In this document: piece by piece, positions 19,217 to 28,177 of the stretch
Layout: the number at the start of each line of letters is the position of its first letter
Position numbering within the stretch: the stretch's first letter is position 1
Sequence record: NZ_CP118102.1
DNA from: a plasmid
Reading direction: 5' to 3' (one strand)
Length of the DNA: 64,000 nt
Notes under the pieces: generated by a model
The model's database searches: none
Seen by the model: the letters and a program-made list of their open reading frames with translations, nothing else
What the model was told of the DNA's origin: nothing
Position numbers and translations under genes: made by a program

Positions 19217-19849
19217 TTATTTAACCCTTTTAAGTTGACCTCTTTTTATTGTTTTTGGCAGCAGCTCTGTTGTATCCAACTGCCTTATTTCTAAGTAAGC
19301 ATTACCAAACCGATCGGTAGTTCTCTCGATATAATATTCTTGATCCTCAAACAGTATATACGACTCATCATCGTAGTACTCTCCCTTTCGAATCTCATCT
19401 ATAGCAAATTTAAGTATCTCCTTCGAATGTAGAATACTTGCTGATATCTTAATTTCAGGATGATTGTATACACTTTCAGTTCCAGTCGTCATCAATTTGT
19501 ATGGTTGTTGAGTCAAAGGATTGTTCATAGTAACAATATTAACTTCATCATCATGAGATATTTTTATTTTTGCAAGATTATCTTGTGGAATCATTTCAAA
19601 ACTTAACAACGAACCATTAAAATACCAAGCATGGTTTATGTCAAAATCGAGGGTGTAAATCTTATCCAAGATACCATGAAACAATTCCTCATAATTATTT
19701 ATTGATTCTTCTATATATAGATCTGGGTAACCATAATGTTGGAGTCCGTATGTTCTAACATACTTGATGTTGCCATCTAAGTCAGTCGTCACAACTGGTT
19801 TTATTGAAGGATCAAAAAATTGATGCATATACATCGCATCCCTTCTCAA
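19217..19849 (-). CDS. hypothetical protein
   Basis: 210 aa ORF, compositionally coding. No recognisable motifs. Confidence 0.3.
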   Translation of the reverse strand: MRRDAMYMHQFFDPSIKPVVTTDLDGNIKYVRTYGLQHYGYPDLYIEESINNYEELFHGILDKIYTLDFDINHAWYFNGSLLSFEMIPQDNLAKIKISHDDEVNIVTMNNPLTQQPYKLMTTGTESVYNHPEIKISASILHSKEILKFAIDEIRKGEYYDDESYILFEDQEYYIERTTDRFGNAYLEIRQLDTTELLPKTIKRGQLKRVK

Positions 19850-20087
19850 AAGTTTCCGATATAGATTATTATATTACTCTTTTTCAATTCAACAAAATTT
19901 TTTAACCTCCCCCTGTAATTTTTCCTGCAAGTTGGGTAAAATGTACTAGAAAGTAATTAATGAAAACATATTTTAATGCTTTTAAATATGAGTTTTTATG
20001 ATATATATACGCTAATCGATATATGTTATTTACTTATATTGTGTGTTAATATATATGATAGTAACCTGAAAGGCTCGGTGAAATAAT

Positions 20088-20393
20088 ATGACCTTTTCTT
20101 TTGATTTATCGTCAGAGTTAAGAGATTACTTAGAAAAAATGATTACAAATCTGCCAAACGCTCCAAAACTCGTTATGCAATCCCTATCAAAAAAGGATTA
20201 TAACAAGGAAGATTTATCCCTAGAAAGCAGAGTACGTCGTGGTGAACTTAATTACGCAGTTATTTGGATTGAAGCTCTCGGCTTTGTACAATATAATACG
20301 AGTGGTCGCCAAAAACTCTACAGTCTCACACCACTTGGTATCAAAGTTTATGAAGAATTTAATGAATTGTTCCATACTTTGAATGAAGAATAA
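20088..20393 (+). CDS. small hypothetical protein (possible wHTH)
   Basis: 101 aa. An RBS-like 'gaaaggctcggtg' lies upstream. Convergent with the coupling-protein gene. Confidence 0.3.
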   Translation: MTFSFDLSSELRDYLEKMITNLPNAPKLVMQSLSKKDYNKEDLSLESRVRRGELNYAVIWIEALGFVQYNTSGRQKLYSLTPLGIKVYEEFNELFHTLNEE

Positions 20394-20411
20394 AAAGAGT
20401 AGCATGACGGA

Positions 20412-22862
20412 TTACTCCGTCGCGCTACTCTTTTTTTCCTTTCTGGAGATTTGTGCATCGTTCTTGATTTGCTGTGCTAACTTAAGTGCCTTATCATCTA
20501 TACTTGCCGGTTTGAAGGTTACCCCACTAGGAGATACAACACTCTCATTTACCTTCAGCTTCGATTTATCATCATCAATACTTCGAGCCAATGGTTCTGG
20601 GTCATCCCAAATCGAATTTCGGATTATCTCTGGCTCAGTGTCTTCAGTATGGAGTTCAGCCTCAACTTTAGTGGAATGAAGTTCTTTACTAAGTTGTGCG
20701 TTCCTTTTTATTCTTTCCAGTTGATCAATACTATTATCTTTTCTTTTCCCTCCTACATCCCCCCTATTTGGAGATTCCGTATTTAATATCTCCTGGTCTT
20801 CAATAATCTCATCATCTTTTAAAACTTCTTTAAGGGGAGTGAACAGGATCTTCGGCAGCGGATAGATAAGCCCTATTACCGGATCCAGTCTAACATTATT
20901 ATGTACTCCTCTGAATAGACATTCCGCGGGATCCCCAGTTTCAGGATTGTATCCTTTCAGACTAAGTATTTCTTTTGGCATCACAGTATACCTTTTTTCT
21001 TCTTTTATCTGAGTTTTGAAACCAGTAGCAGACATTTCATCAGTCCCACTACTTTGTCCAATTTTGTATTCTTCACCTATCATTTCTGAATAGTACTTAG
21101 CATCATTAGGATCCAAACCAGCCATTATGAATTTCTGAACAGCATTTTGTTTTACCATAGCTCCTAATCTTTTACTCACATCGTCTAATTGTTCATTCCC
21201 TTGATGAATCACATTAACAAACACTTCGAATTCTCTGGCCATTTCCATAAATGTTGAGAATTCTTCATCCGCAAACATTTCCACTTCATCGATAGTTAAT
21301 TGATGTGGGCGTACATTCCCATCCATATTTCTCCGGAATGTGCTCGCCCTTGCAAGGTTCAAAAATAAACGACCAGCAGTGTACGTTAAAGTTTGTAATG
21401 TACCGTAAGCTCCATTAAAAAGAATAATTTCGCCATTCTTCATAGCTTCATCAATGCTAAATGTTGATTTACCACAAAACATCTTTTGAATATATTTGTT
21501 AGACGTCAATTCAGAAAGGTAATCATACAAGTTAGAGTAAGTTTGCATCGCATGCTCCTGCATTTTAGGTGAACCCGCCATATTTCGTGTATATTCAATC
21601 AGCAACGGTACCTGACTTTCTTTTCCAAGAAGTGTAATTTGGTGCAACACTTCAACTCTAAATTCATCATTAATTGGTTGAATCAACTTATCTAACTCAT
21701 TGTAAGTGGCTTCGTTTCCGTAAACTAGTTTTAACGCTTTAACACCTACTCGAAAAAGCTGTGTAGATCGACTTTTAAAGTAAATTTGTGCATCTGGTCC
21801 AAGATAAGCATGAAACGCTGCTACATTCCTCTCGATCATTGGTTCAATATCTTCACTTTCAGGAACATAAAAAGGATTTAAACAATCAGAGTTCTCAACC
21901 AAAGGATCAAGTCTGTAATACTTCCTCCCAATTCGATCCAAAAAATTAGCCATTCGTTTTATCAAACTTCCCTTAGGATCAATAATCGTACTTCCAATGT
22001 AGTCATTCAACAAATCCTGAGTAATCAAGTTAGTTGCGAAAAGAGTTTTACCAGCTCCTGTTCCTGCAATGATTTGACCATGCTGTGCTCTATCTGATCG
22101 ATTAAGCTTCATGAGCTGACTTTGTCTTTCTCTAGTTGGATTCGTGTAAAACAGTTCCAATTCACATAACTCAGAGTAGTATCTTAAATGGCTTAAACAA
22201 CCTGGTGTATTTATATCTATATCCTCTAATTTAACTAGTCCATCTCTAATAAAAGTAGTATTCTCCTCCCCCTCTCCCTCTCCCTCGCTCTCACTAAAAG
22301 TCATTATTGTATTTTTTGACTTACTTTTGTTAGAAGTATTTATTCCCTCAGCTGCCACAGAGAGTTTATTAAAAATTGTAGAATTCGCCCGTATACGCAA
22401 TGTGTAATATAAAGTCAAGATGATTGTAGATACGAATAAAAGAATTGTAATTACAAATCCAATTTTATTGTCTGTAAAATAAATTATCAGTTGGCCTACT
22501 GCTAGCACACTAAGTGCATTCAAAAAAGTCTGAATTACAGGCTTTGCATAATGATTTCTATGTAATGCAGGACATGAATATATCGAGTGTCCTAAAAAGC
22601 AGACTAAAATAATAGGAACTGCTCTAAATACAATCGGATCATCTATTCCGAGTATTACGTCTTGATATTTTGTGACCAACCATAGAAAAATGATAATTAA
22701 TAAAACTAACAATAAAAAAGCTTGAGAATTCCAGATGGTATTCTTATTTACTGGATCAAGAGAAAATCTTCGAACAGCAATATACACATTCTTAAATATA
22801 AATGCTATCATATGACCGATGGCTGAAATTATTCCTCCGATAACCATTCCAATATATTTCAA
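20412..22862 (-). CDS. type IV secretion coupling protein (VirD4/TraG/TcpA-like T4CP)
   Basis: 816 aa. N-terminal transmembrane helices, Walker A 'IIAGTGAGKTLFATN' and Walker B 'LTIDEVEMFADEEF'. The acidic C-terminal tail is typical of T4CPs. Confidence 0.75.
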   Translation of the reverse strand: MKYIGMVIGGIISAIGHMIAFIFKNVYIAVRRFSLDPVNKNTIWNSQAFLLLVLLIIIFLWLVTKYQDVILGIDDPIVFRAVPIILVCFLGHSIYSCPALHRNHYAKPVIQTFLNALSVLAVGQLIIYFTDNKIGFVITILLFVSTIILTLYYTLRIRANSTIFNKLSVAAEGINTSNKSKSKNTIMTFSESEGEGEGEENTTFIRDGLVKLEDIDINTPGCLSHLRYYSELCELELFYTNPTRERQSQLMKLNRSDRAQHGQIIAGTGAGKTLFATNLITQDLLNDYIGSTIIDPKGSLIKRMANFLDRIGRKYYRLDPLVENSDCLNPFYVPESEDIEPMIERNVAAFHAYLGPDAQIYFKSRSTQLFRVGVKALKLVYGNEATYNELDKLIQPINDEFRVEVLHQITLLGKESQVPLLIEYTRNMAGSPKMQEHAMQTYSNLYDYLSELTSNKYIQKMFCGKSTFSIDEAMKNGEIILFNGAYGTLQTLTYTAGRLFLNLARASTFRRNMDGNVRPHQLTIDEVEMFADEEFSTFMEMAREFEVFVNVIHQGNEQLDDVSKRLGAMVKQNAVQKFIMAGLDPNDAKYYSEMIGEEYKIGQSSGTDEMSATGFKTQIKEEKRYTVMPKEILSLKGYNPETGDPAECLFRGVHNNVRLDPVIGLIYPLPKILFTPLKEVLKDDEIIEDQEILNTESPNRGDVGGKRKDNSIDQLERIKRNAQLSKELHSTKVEAELHTEDTEPEIIRNSIWDDPEPLARSIDDDKSKLKVNESVVSPSGVTFKPASIDDKALKLAQQIKNDAQISRKEKKSSATE

Positions 22863-22989
22863 AAAGCTGCACCTCTCATATTAGTATATTAGTTAATTAA
22901 TATATTACAATAAAATCCTCTAAAATCTACTACCTATTGAATATTTCTTACTGAACGAAACGGCAATTGAACAGACTTAGATTACAAAT

Positions 22990-23290
22990 ATACATTTCTC
23001 CCATGCACATGGAGCCCCCTCCATCTAACTTAAACGTCTCCCACACTCATGTAGACCCCCTCCCACACCGAAAATACCCCCTCCAATTATGTAGGAGATC
23101 GTCTCCCAGTCCAAAATTATACTCTTACACTTTAACTTGCAACAGTATTTATGGTATATGTATACATCTCTCATAGTATTAGTATCTATCTATCTTATTT
23201 GATATATATATCTCTCTTAGTATGTATATATATCTCTCTCAATGAATTGGAGATATATACATGTGCCTTGTTTGCTCTTCCCGATTCAAT
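22990..23290. repeat. iteron-like direct/inverted repeat cluster (candidate origin or operator region)
   Basis: Three spaced copies of 'CCCCCTCC' within 'catggagccccctccat / catgtagaccccctcccac / ataccccctccaat'. These are followed by three copies of 'TATATATCTCTC(T)' and an inverted copy 'GGAGATATATA'. Confidence 0.5.
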
Positions 23291-23390
23291 GGGAGTCGTA
23301 TATAATTCTATTAAGAGAACCGTATTACATCGGGTAGATACATCTCTCAATCATTTTGGAGAGGGTCTCCAATACGAAGGGAGGGTTATC

Positions 23391-24200
23391 ATGAACGAAA
23401 CTATGTTTGAAAAGGCCTATACAATTAAGGAATTTAGTGATGCTACAGGAGTTCCGCAAAATACTCTCCGTAACTGGGAGGAAAAATTGGGGGAAGCTTT
23501 TGTAGTCCCAAGGGATCCACACGAGAATCGTTACTATACTGAGAGGCATTTAGAATTAATCCGGCTAATTCAGAAATGGCGCGATTCCGAGTATGAGTTG
23601 AGCTTTACCCAGATAAAGCAGATGCTTCTCCATATGAATATGGCAGGGCCTAAAAATGAGATGTATTCAGCTCCAAGTGGGGAAGAAGGGGGCTCCAACT
23701 CACTTGTATCCCTCTCCCAACAGAATTCACAATCCTTACAGCTACAAGAGGTTCAACAACTTGTAGTTAATATGGAAGAGCGTATGCAGCAGTTTTTTGG
23801 TCACCTTGATCAAGTGCTGCAAACACACGCTGAAACTACCCACGCGTTCGTTAGGCAAGAAATTGAGACTCTAAAATCATCTCAATCTAGTAGAGACGAG
23901 AACTTAATTCAGAAAATAGAATCAAAATTCCATGACAAAATTCAAGAAGAACACAGAGAGTTTCTATCTAGCATCAATTCAATGAAAGATGAGTTTAGAT
24001 CTCAGGTTGAGACAACTACAGAAACAAACAAAAGACACTTAGATGACCTTATGGCAAACACTAAGAGCGAGTTCCAACAACAGTTAGAGGACAATATGAA
24101 GAACTGGGCAGTTATCTCCCGAGAAGATTTAGAAAGAGAAGAGAATGCACGTAAGAAAAAGAAAAAAGGATTCTTCGGGTTATTCGGTGGGGGAGAGTAA
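23391..24200 (+). CDS. MerR-family HTH protein with long coiled-coil C-terminal region
   Basis: The track ORF begins at 23151, but its first ~80 codons run through the repeat region. An RBS 'gaagggaggg' precedes the ATG at 23391 ('MNETMFEKAYTIKEFSDATGVPQNTLRNWEEKLG' is a MerR-type HTH). The C-terminus is Q/E/K-rich and heptad-like. Confidence 0.5.
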   Translation: MNETMFEKAYTIKEFSDATGVPQNTLRNWEEKLGEAFVVPRDPHENRYYTERHLELIRLIQKWRDSEYELSFTQIKQMLLHMNMAGPKNEMYSAPSGEEGGSNSLVSLSQQNSQSLQLQEVQQLVVNMEERMQQFFGHLDQVLQTHAETTHAFVRQEIETLKSSQSSRDENLIQKIESKFHDKIQEEHREFLSSINSMKDEFRSQVETTTETNKRHLDDLMANTKSEFQQQLEDNMKNWAVISREDLEREENARKKKKKGFFGLFGGGE

Positions 24201-24207
24201 CAAAAAA

Positions 24208-24234
24208 AGCGCTGCTTTACGCGGCGCTTTTTTT
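24208..24234. terminator. bidirectional intrinsic terminator between convergent genes
   Basis: 'aaaaaaAGCGCTGCtttaCGCGGCGCTttttttt': a GC-rich hairpin flanked by an A-run and a T-run. Confidence 0.6.
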
Positions 24235-24280
24235 GTTACTCTTTTCAGTAATAAGAAGGGAAGTACACTCAGATTAAATT

Positions 24281-24318
24281 AACGACGCGTAATGTTACGT
24301 AACGCATCGTTATTATTG
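24281..24318. repeat. palindromic repeat (GTTACGTAAC core), downstream copy of the tubRZ-flanking motif
   Basis: 'aacgacgcgtaatGTTACGTAACgcatcgttattatt'. The same motif family recurs at 26066-26241. Confidence 0.5.
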
Positions 24319-24355
24319 GATAACAACCCACCCCTATAAAGGGGGGGAGGGGAGC

Positions 24356-25687
24356 CTACAGTAAAAAGTCATCATCATCAGATGATTTAGTCTTTTTGCT
24401 TGTATCTCCAAATAAATCAAACTCACTATTTACCGGTTCCTTTGATGCTGCCACTTCATTTTTTGTGATTGTTTTGAATGCAGACAAATCCAATGTTGTC
24501 TTGTTCTTTCTCTCATTCTTTTTAATTTCTAACTCTTGCTCTTCGCGGTCAATTTCCTCCAACATTTTAACGATTCTATCAGGTAATTGGGAGCATACTA
24601 CACCAGTATAGAGAATTGCTTTATTGGTTTCATTTTCGCTGTGTTTTCCTCGACTAGTAGTTGTTCCCCAGATATTGTTTTCAATCAATCCGGAATGAGG
24701 TTTCTCAGCATTAGCAATAAAGCGGCCAAATCTTTCTTCCAGTGTTCTAAACTCTGAATCAGTTATAATCGGGTTCTTATGCTTAGGATGAATTACTGCA
24801 ACAAATCCATTTACTGCATCCAGTTCGTAGTCATAGTCATTGGCAGTAGGAGATTCTCTGAAGCTCTTTTCAATGATAGAAGTGAGGCTATTTACTTCAA
24901 GAGAGTCATTCTCATGAATATAGCATTTTCCCGACGAATAGTAGCCAGGAGTACTCAGTACATCAAGTAATTCATCTTCGTCAAAAGTCTTGCTAGAAGG
25001 GAGTGAAGTCATAAAAGATATCTCTGTGAGCAATGAAGCGAGAGTACTGTTACCATAGTCAGTCCATTCTAGTTTAGTTTCTGTGTTACTAAAAATCCCT
25101 TCTGTCATCGTGTATAGCTTTTCATTATCAATGATTGTAACTGATCCACAAGCGTTTTTCTTAATCAATTCATCAATATGTGATAAACCCCATCGAGCGT
25201 TCTTTTTGATACCACGTTTTTCCCATGATCCTGGTACTGAGACGATTGCGCCAAATGACGGTTTTCCGTTGAATGGCTTTCTTACTCTGCTTAAGTTACT
25301 TAAGATGATAGGAGCAGCTGCATTACCTGTGCCTCCACCCATACCTGCGATAACAAAAACAAAGTCAGCATCTACAACATCGGGATTGCTTAAAAGAGAG
25401 AGGACCATTTCACGGTTATCTTTAATAGCAGCTTGGCCACGCTCTATATCCTTGACTGCTCCATTGTAACCCTCTAATTTGATAATATTCTGGACAACTT
25501 TGAGGTCCGAAAGGTCTGATTCAGAGGTGTTTAGAGCGTAAACTGTATGTCCTAACCGGGCTAGTTCGTCACCTTGACGTCCACCGAATTGTCCGCAAGC
25601 TATAAAACAAAACTTAAGTTTTTTCTGGTTACCATCAGTCCGACGCATAAAGCCCTCAAGTGTGATAAATCCAAGATTCATTTCCAT
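24356..25687 (-). CDS. tubZ: tubulin/FtsZ-superfamily GTPase (TubZ-like plasmid-partition protein)
   Basis: 443 aa. Glycine-rich N-terminal nucleotide loop 'FIACGQFGGRQGDELARLG' and tubulin signature-like 'AGMGGGTGNAAAPII' (GGGTG[ST]G family). An acidic C-terminal tail. Preceded by a 100-aa gene in the same operon. Confidence 0.55.
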   Translation of the reverse strand: MEMNLGFITLEGFMRRTDGNQKKLKFCFIACGQFGGRQGDELARLGHTVYALNTSESDLSDLKVVQNIIKLEGYNGAVKDIERGQAAIKDNREMVLSLLSNPDVVDADFVFVIAGMGGGTGNAAAPIILSNLSRVRKPFNGKPSFGAIVSVPGSWEKRGIKKNARWGLSHIDELIKKNACGSVTIIDNEKLYTMTEGIFSNTETKLEWTDYGNSTLASLLTEISFMTSLPSSKTFDEDELLDVLSTPGYYSSGKCYIHENDSLEVNSLTSIIEKSFRESPTANDYDYELDAVNGFVAVIHPKHKNPIITDSEFRTLEERFGRFIANAEKPHSGLIENNIWGTTTSRGKHSENETNKAILYTGVVCSQLPDRIVKMLEEIDREEQELEIKKNERKNKTTLDLSAFKTITKNEVAASKEPVNSEFDLFGDTSKKTKSSDDDDFLL

Positions 25688-25709
25688 TAGTTTTACCTCC
25701 TATTATTGT

Positions 25710-26012
25710 TTAAGCCTTACTATCACGTAAGTAAAGAGCTAATTGTTTTCCTCTTATTTCGTCTGGAATATACTTCTTCTGTCTCCGATCGAGTGGGGAG
25801 GGGTCTACATTAACAAAACCATTGGTCTCTAATAGAAGAAGAGCCTTCTCTACTAAATAACGATCCCCAATTTTACTAACCAGAAGTGTCCAGGTAACTC
25901 CTCCTTCAGAACGGTGATTCCAAATCTCAGCAAATACGCTGATCATTTCTTGTGGAATTCTACGAGCTATAAAGTCTAATACTTCTGGAGGGTATTCAAC
26001 GTGACCATTCAA
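25710..26012 (-). CDS. small DNA-binding protein, TubR-like candidate (centromere-binding adaptor)
   Basis: 100 aa, immediately upstream of and co-oriented with the TubZ-like gene. wHTH-like 'TWTLLVSKIGDRYLVEKALLLLETNGFV'. An array of palindromic repeats lies upstream. Confidence 0.35.
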   Translation of the reverse strand: MNGHVEYPPEVLDFIARRIPQEMISVFAEIWNHRSEGGVTWTLLVSKIGDRYLVEKALLLLETNGFVNVDPSPLDRRQKKYIPDEIRGKQLALYLRDSKA

Positions 26013-26059
26013 TTCTCAATCACTCCCTTTCACATAAGATATTACGATTTGAAATAAAC

Positions 26060-26245
26060 TAAAACACACGACGCCTTACGACGCACTAAATATGATTTAA
26101 CAAAAATAATTAACGTTACTTAACGCAGCGTCATTTTATGTAATTTGACACTTTAGCCTTAGAATCCTGCATATTATCTACAATTTTAATAATTTAAAAT
26201 CCAGAATTTCACGTTGCGTAACGTGTCGTTATTATTATTCCGCAG
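26060..26245. repeat. array of 3-4 imperfect palindromic repeats (candidate tubC-like centromere/operator)
   Basis: 'acacgacgccttacgacgcac', 'aACGTTACTTAACGCAGCGTCATTTTA', 'cACGTTGCGTAACGTGTCGTTATTATTATT'. The core ACGTT.C.TAACG is near-palindromic. A fourth copy lies at 24285-24318 on the other side of the operon. Confidence 0.5.
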
Positions 26246-26651
26246 GATATTGTTTCCTGTCAAGTTCTTGGAGCCTTAATTTCATTTTTTTTAGTGCTTC
26301 TATGATTAGTTGGAACTAAATCCAGTTCAAAATTTTGGTCTTATTAAGTTCAAACGAAGCTTTTTGAGTAGAGTAATATATTTAGAAAGTTTGCAATTAC
26401 GCTGTTGCTTCCCATTAATAAATTTGGTTACCGTTTATCTTTATAGGAATTTGTTCATCCATTGACTCCTTATTTGTCCATTCATTGATCTTTTTATCTA
26501 TCTGCCTAATTGTTTTTTAATTTCATGATACAAAGCCAATGATTTTGTTATACTTCCTTGTATGGCGTGGGTTCTTAATCATAAAGAATTCCCGACTAAT
26601 ACCCTAAAAGAGGGTGTATCAACCTAAGCCCACTCATGGGTAGCAAAGGAG

Positions 26652-27653
26652 ATGAATGAATTGGCTGACCAAGTGAAGTTTGAACGGATTGATCCAAGTG
26701 AAGAGGGAGGCAAAAAACGAAAGAAGGGAGTTAGCGACTACTCCATAGGCGAAGCGATAGATCTCCTAACAGAGAGGGAGTGGCGTCTATTGATAGACCT
26801 CTACAAGTGTAGATGTATCCCACAAACAGAAGTCGTAGACACGTACTTTATTGATTCACCAGAAATGCATTATGAGGAATATGTAACTGCAGGTAAGGTA
26901 GAAAAAAACAAACTGGAAGAAAAAAATAGGAACAGAGCAGTCTTGAAAGCACGCCGGACATTTAAGCGGTTAAAGGATCGCGGTCTAGTAGAAAGTACTT
27001 CCATCATTCCAGATGCTATTGATTTACCAAGCAAACGAAGGGGGAGAGTTACAGGAGAAACATGGTATTACCTATCTAACAGAGGACTGAGGATAGTTGA
27101 GAAACGATTAGAAATACCTGATGATTCTAAGTTGTCTAAAGTTGAAGTAGACATGGAACGAGCGAAAAAAGACCATTATTGGGAACTCGGAAAGATATAT
27201 CTCGATTTAAGATATCAGTGGATGGCGAGATTTAATGATTTAAGACAATTCATTGATTGGGATTGGTATCCCTCTGAAATAGTGTGGGGAGACAATAGGG
27301 TAAAAGAGGTACGCCCCGATGCAATATTGCGAATTGGAGAACAGCTCTTTTGTATTGAGTTAGATCGATCTACTGAACCAATTCAGAGATCCCCTTTCTA
27401 CACGGAACAGGTTTCCATACAAAAGAAGCTGGAACGGTATAGAGATGTTATAAAAGCTTCTACGAATCCAATAATTCGAAATTCAATCATTGCTTTTGTA
27501 ATTCCAGATGCTGTTTATCGGACAAGGCTTCAAAATATAGGTAATGCTGCCGATAAAGTTTTTGGCAAAAAACATCGAGTGCTGATTGGTCGGAAAATAG
27601 AAGATATTCTTATTGCTTATTCCGATCTTGCAGGCACATCCCACTACAATTAG
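26652..27653 (+). CDS. replication-relaxation family protein (second paralog)
   Basis: 333 aa. 'LTEREWRLLIDLYKCRCIPQTEVVDTYF ... FKRLKDRGLVES' is a wHTH with the same architecture as the 16864-17772 product. Confidence 0.45.
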   Translation: MNELADQVKFERIDPSEEGGKKRKKGVSDYSIGEAIDLLTEREWRLLIDLYKCRCIPQTEVVDTYFIDSPEMHYEEYVTAGKVEKNKLEEKNRNRAVLKARRTFKRLKDRGLVESTSIIPDAIDLPSKRRGRVTGETWYYLSNRGLRIVEKRLEIPDDSKLSKVEVDMERAKKDHYWELGKIYLDLRYQWMARFNDLRQFIDWDWYPSEIVWGDNRVKEVRPDAILRIGEQLFCIELDRSTEPIQRSPFYTEQVSIQKKLERYRDVIKASTNPIIRNSIIAFVIPDAVYRTRLQNIGNAADKVFGKKHRVLIGRKIEDILIAYSDLAGTSHYN

Positions 27654-27780
27654 AGCGGGAGACCTTTACAATTTGTGCTGAAACCCACTCTAATTGTTGT
27701 ATATTAATATATATACTTGTGTGTTATTATGTTAGTTAGTTAATTGATATATATGTATATATGAAATTGGGGGTGAGTAT

Positions 27781-28164
27781 TTGAGCAAGAACAAAAAAGT
27801 TGTTTTGGTAAGTGTAGGAGCATTACTGCTTCTAATTGCTTCGGTTATTTTTTTTCGGAGCCCCACAAAAGAATTGCAGCCTGAGCCAAGCCCATCACTT
27901 GTACATACAGAAGAAAGCCAAGAATCTCATGGTATCTCTTCAGAGGAATACAGCGATTCTCACGACAGAGTGGCTAAGGTAATCGATGACGCAACAAACG
28001 CAATAGCGGAACGAGCTCCTGGTTGGTGGGACAAAATCGAATCATGGTGGGATTGGTTCCTCGGGTTTAAAACGCATCATGCCATTATTTTAGCTATAGT
28101 TGCATTGTTCATTATTGGTGTCGTCTTCAATCCGAAAAACCGTGATCAGTCTCGAAATCGATAG
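27781..28164 (+). CDS. small membrane protein (conjugation operon leader gene)
   Basis: 127 aa with an N-terminal transmembrane helix and a second C-terminal transmembrane helix. TTG start preceded by 'gggggtgag'. Confidence 0.3.
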   Translation: MSKNKKVVLVSVGALLLLIASVIFFRSPTKELQPEPSPSLVHTEESQESHGISSEEYSDSHDRVAKVIDDATNAIAERAPGWWDKIESWWDWFLGFKTHHAIILAIVALFIIGVVFNPKNRDQSRNR

Positions 28165-28177
28165 GGGGTGATAATCT

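Noticed and set aside
23160-23280. Possible CRISPR-like repeat-spacer array (TATATATCTCTC repeats)
   Set aside because: There are only three short, irregularly spaced copies, with no cas genes nearby. It is more consistent with iterons or operators.
23151-23390. N-terminal 80 codons of the 349-aa ORF (MVYVYISHSISIYLSYLIYISL…)
   Set aside because: The translation consists of repetitive Y/I/S residues generated by the TATATATCTCTC iterons. A strong RBS and an ATG at 23391 give the real MerR-like start.
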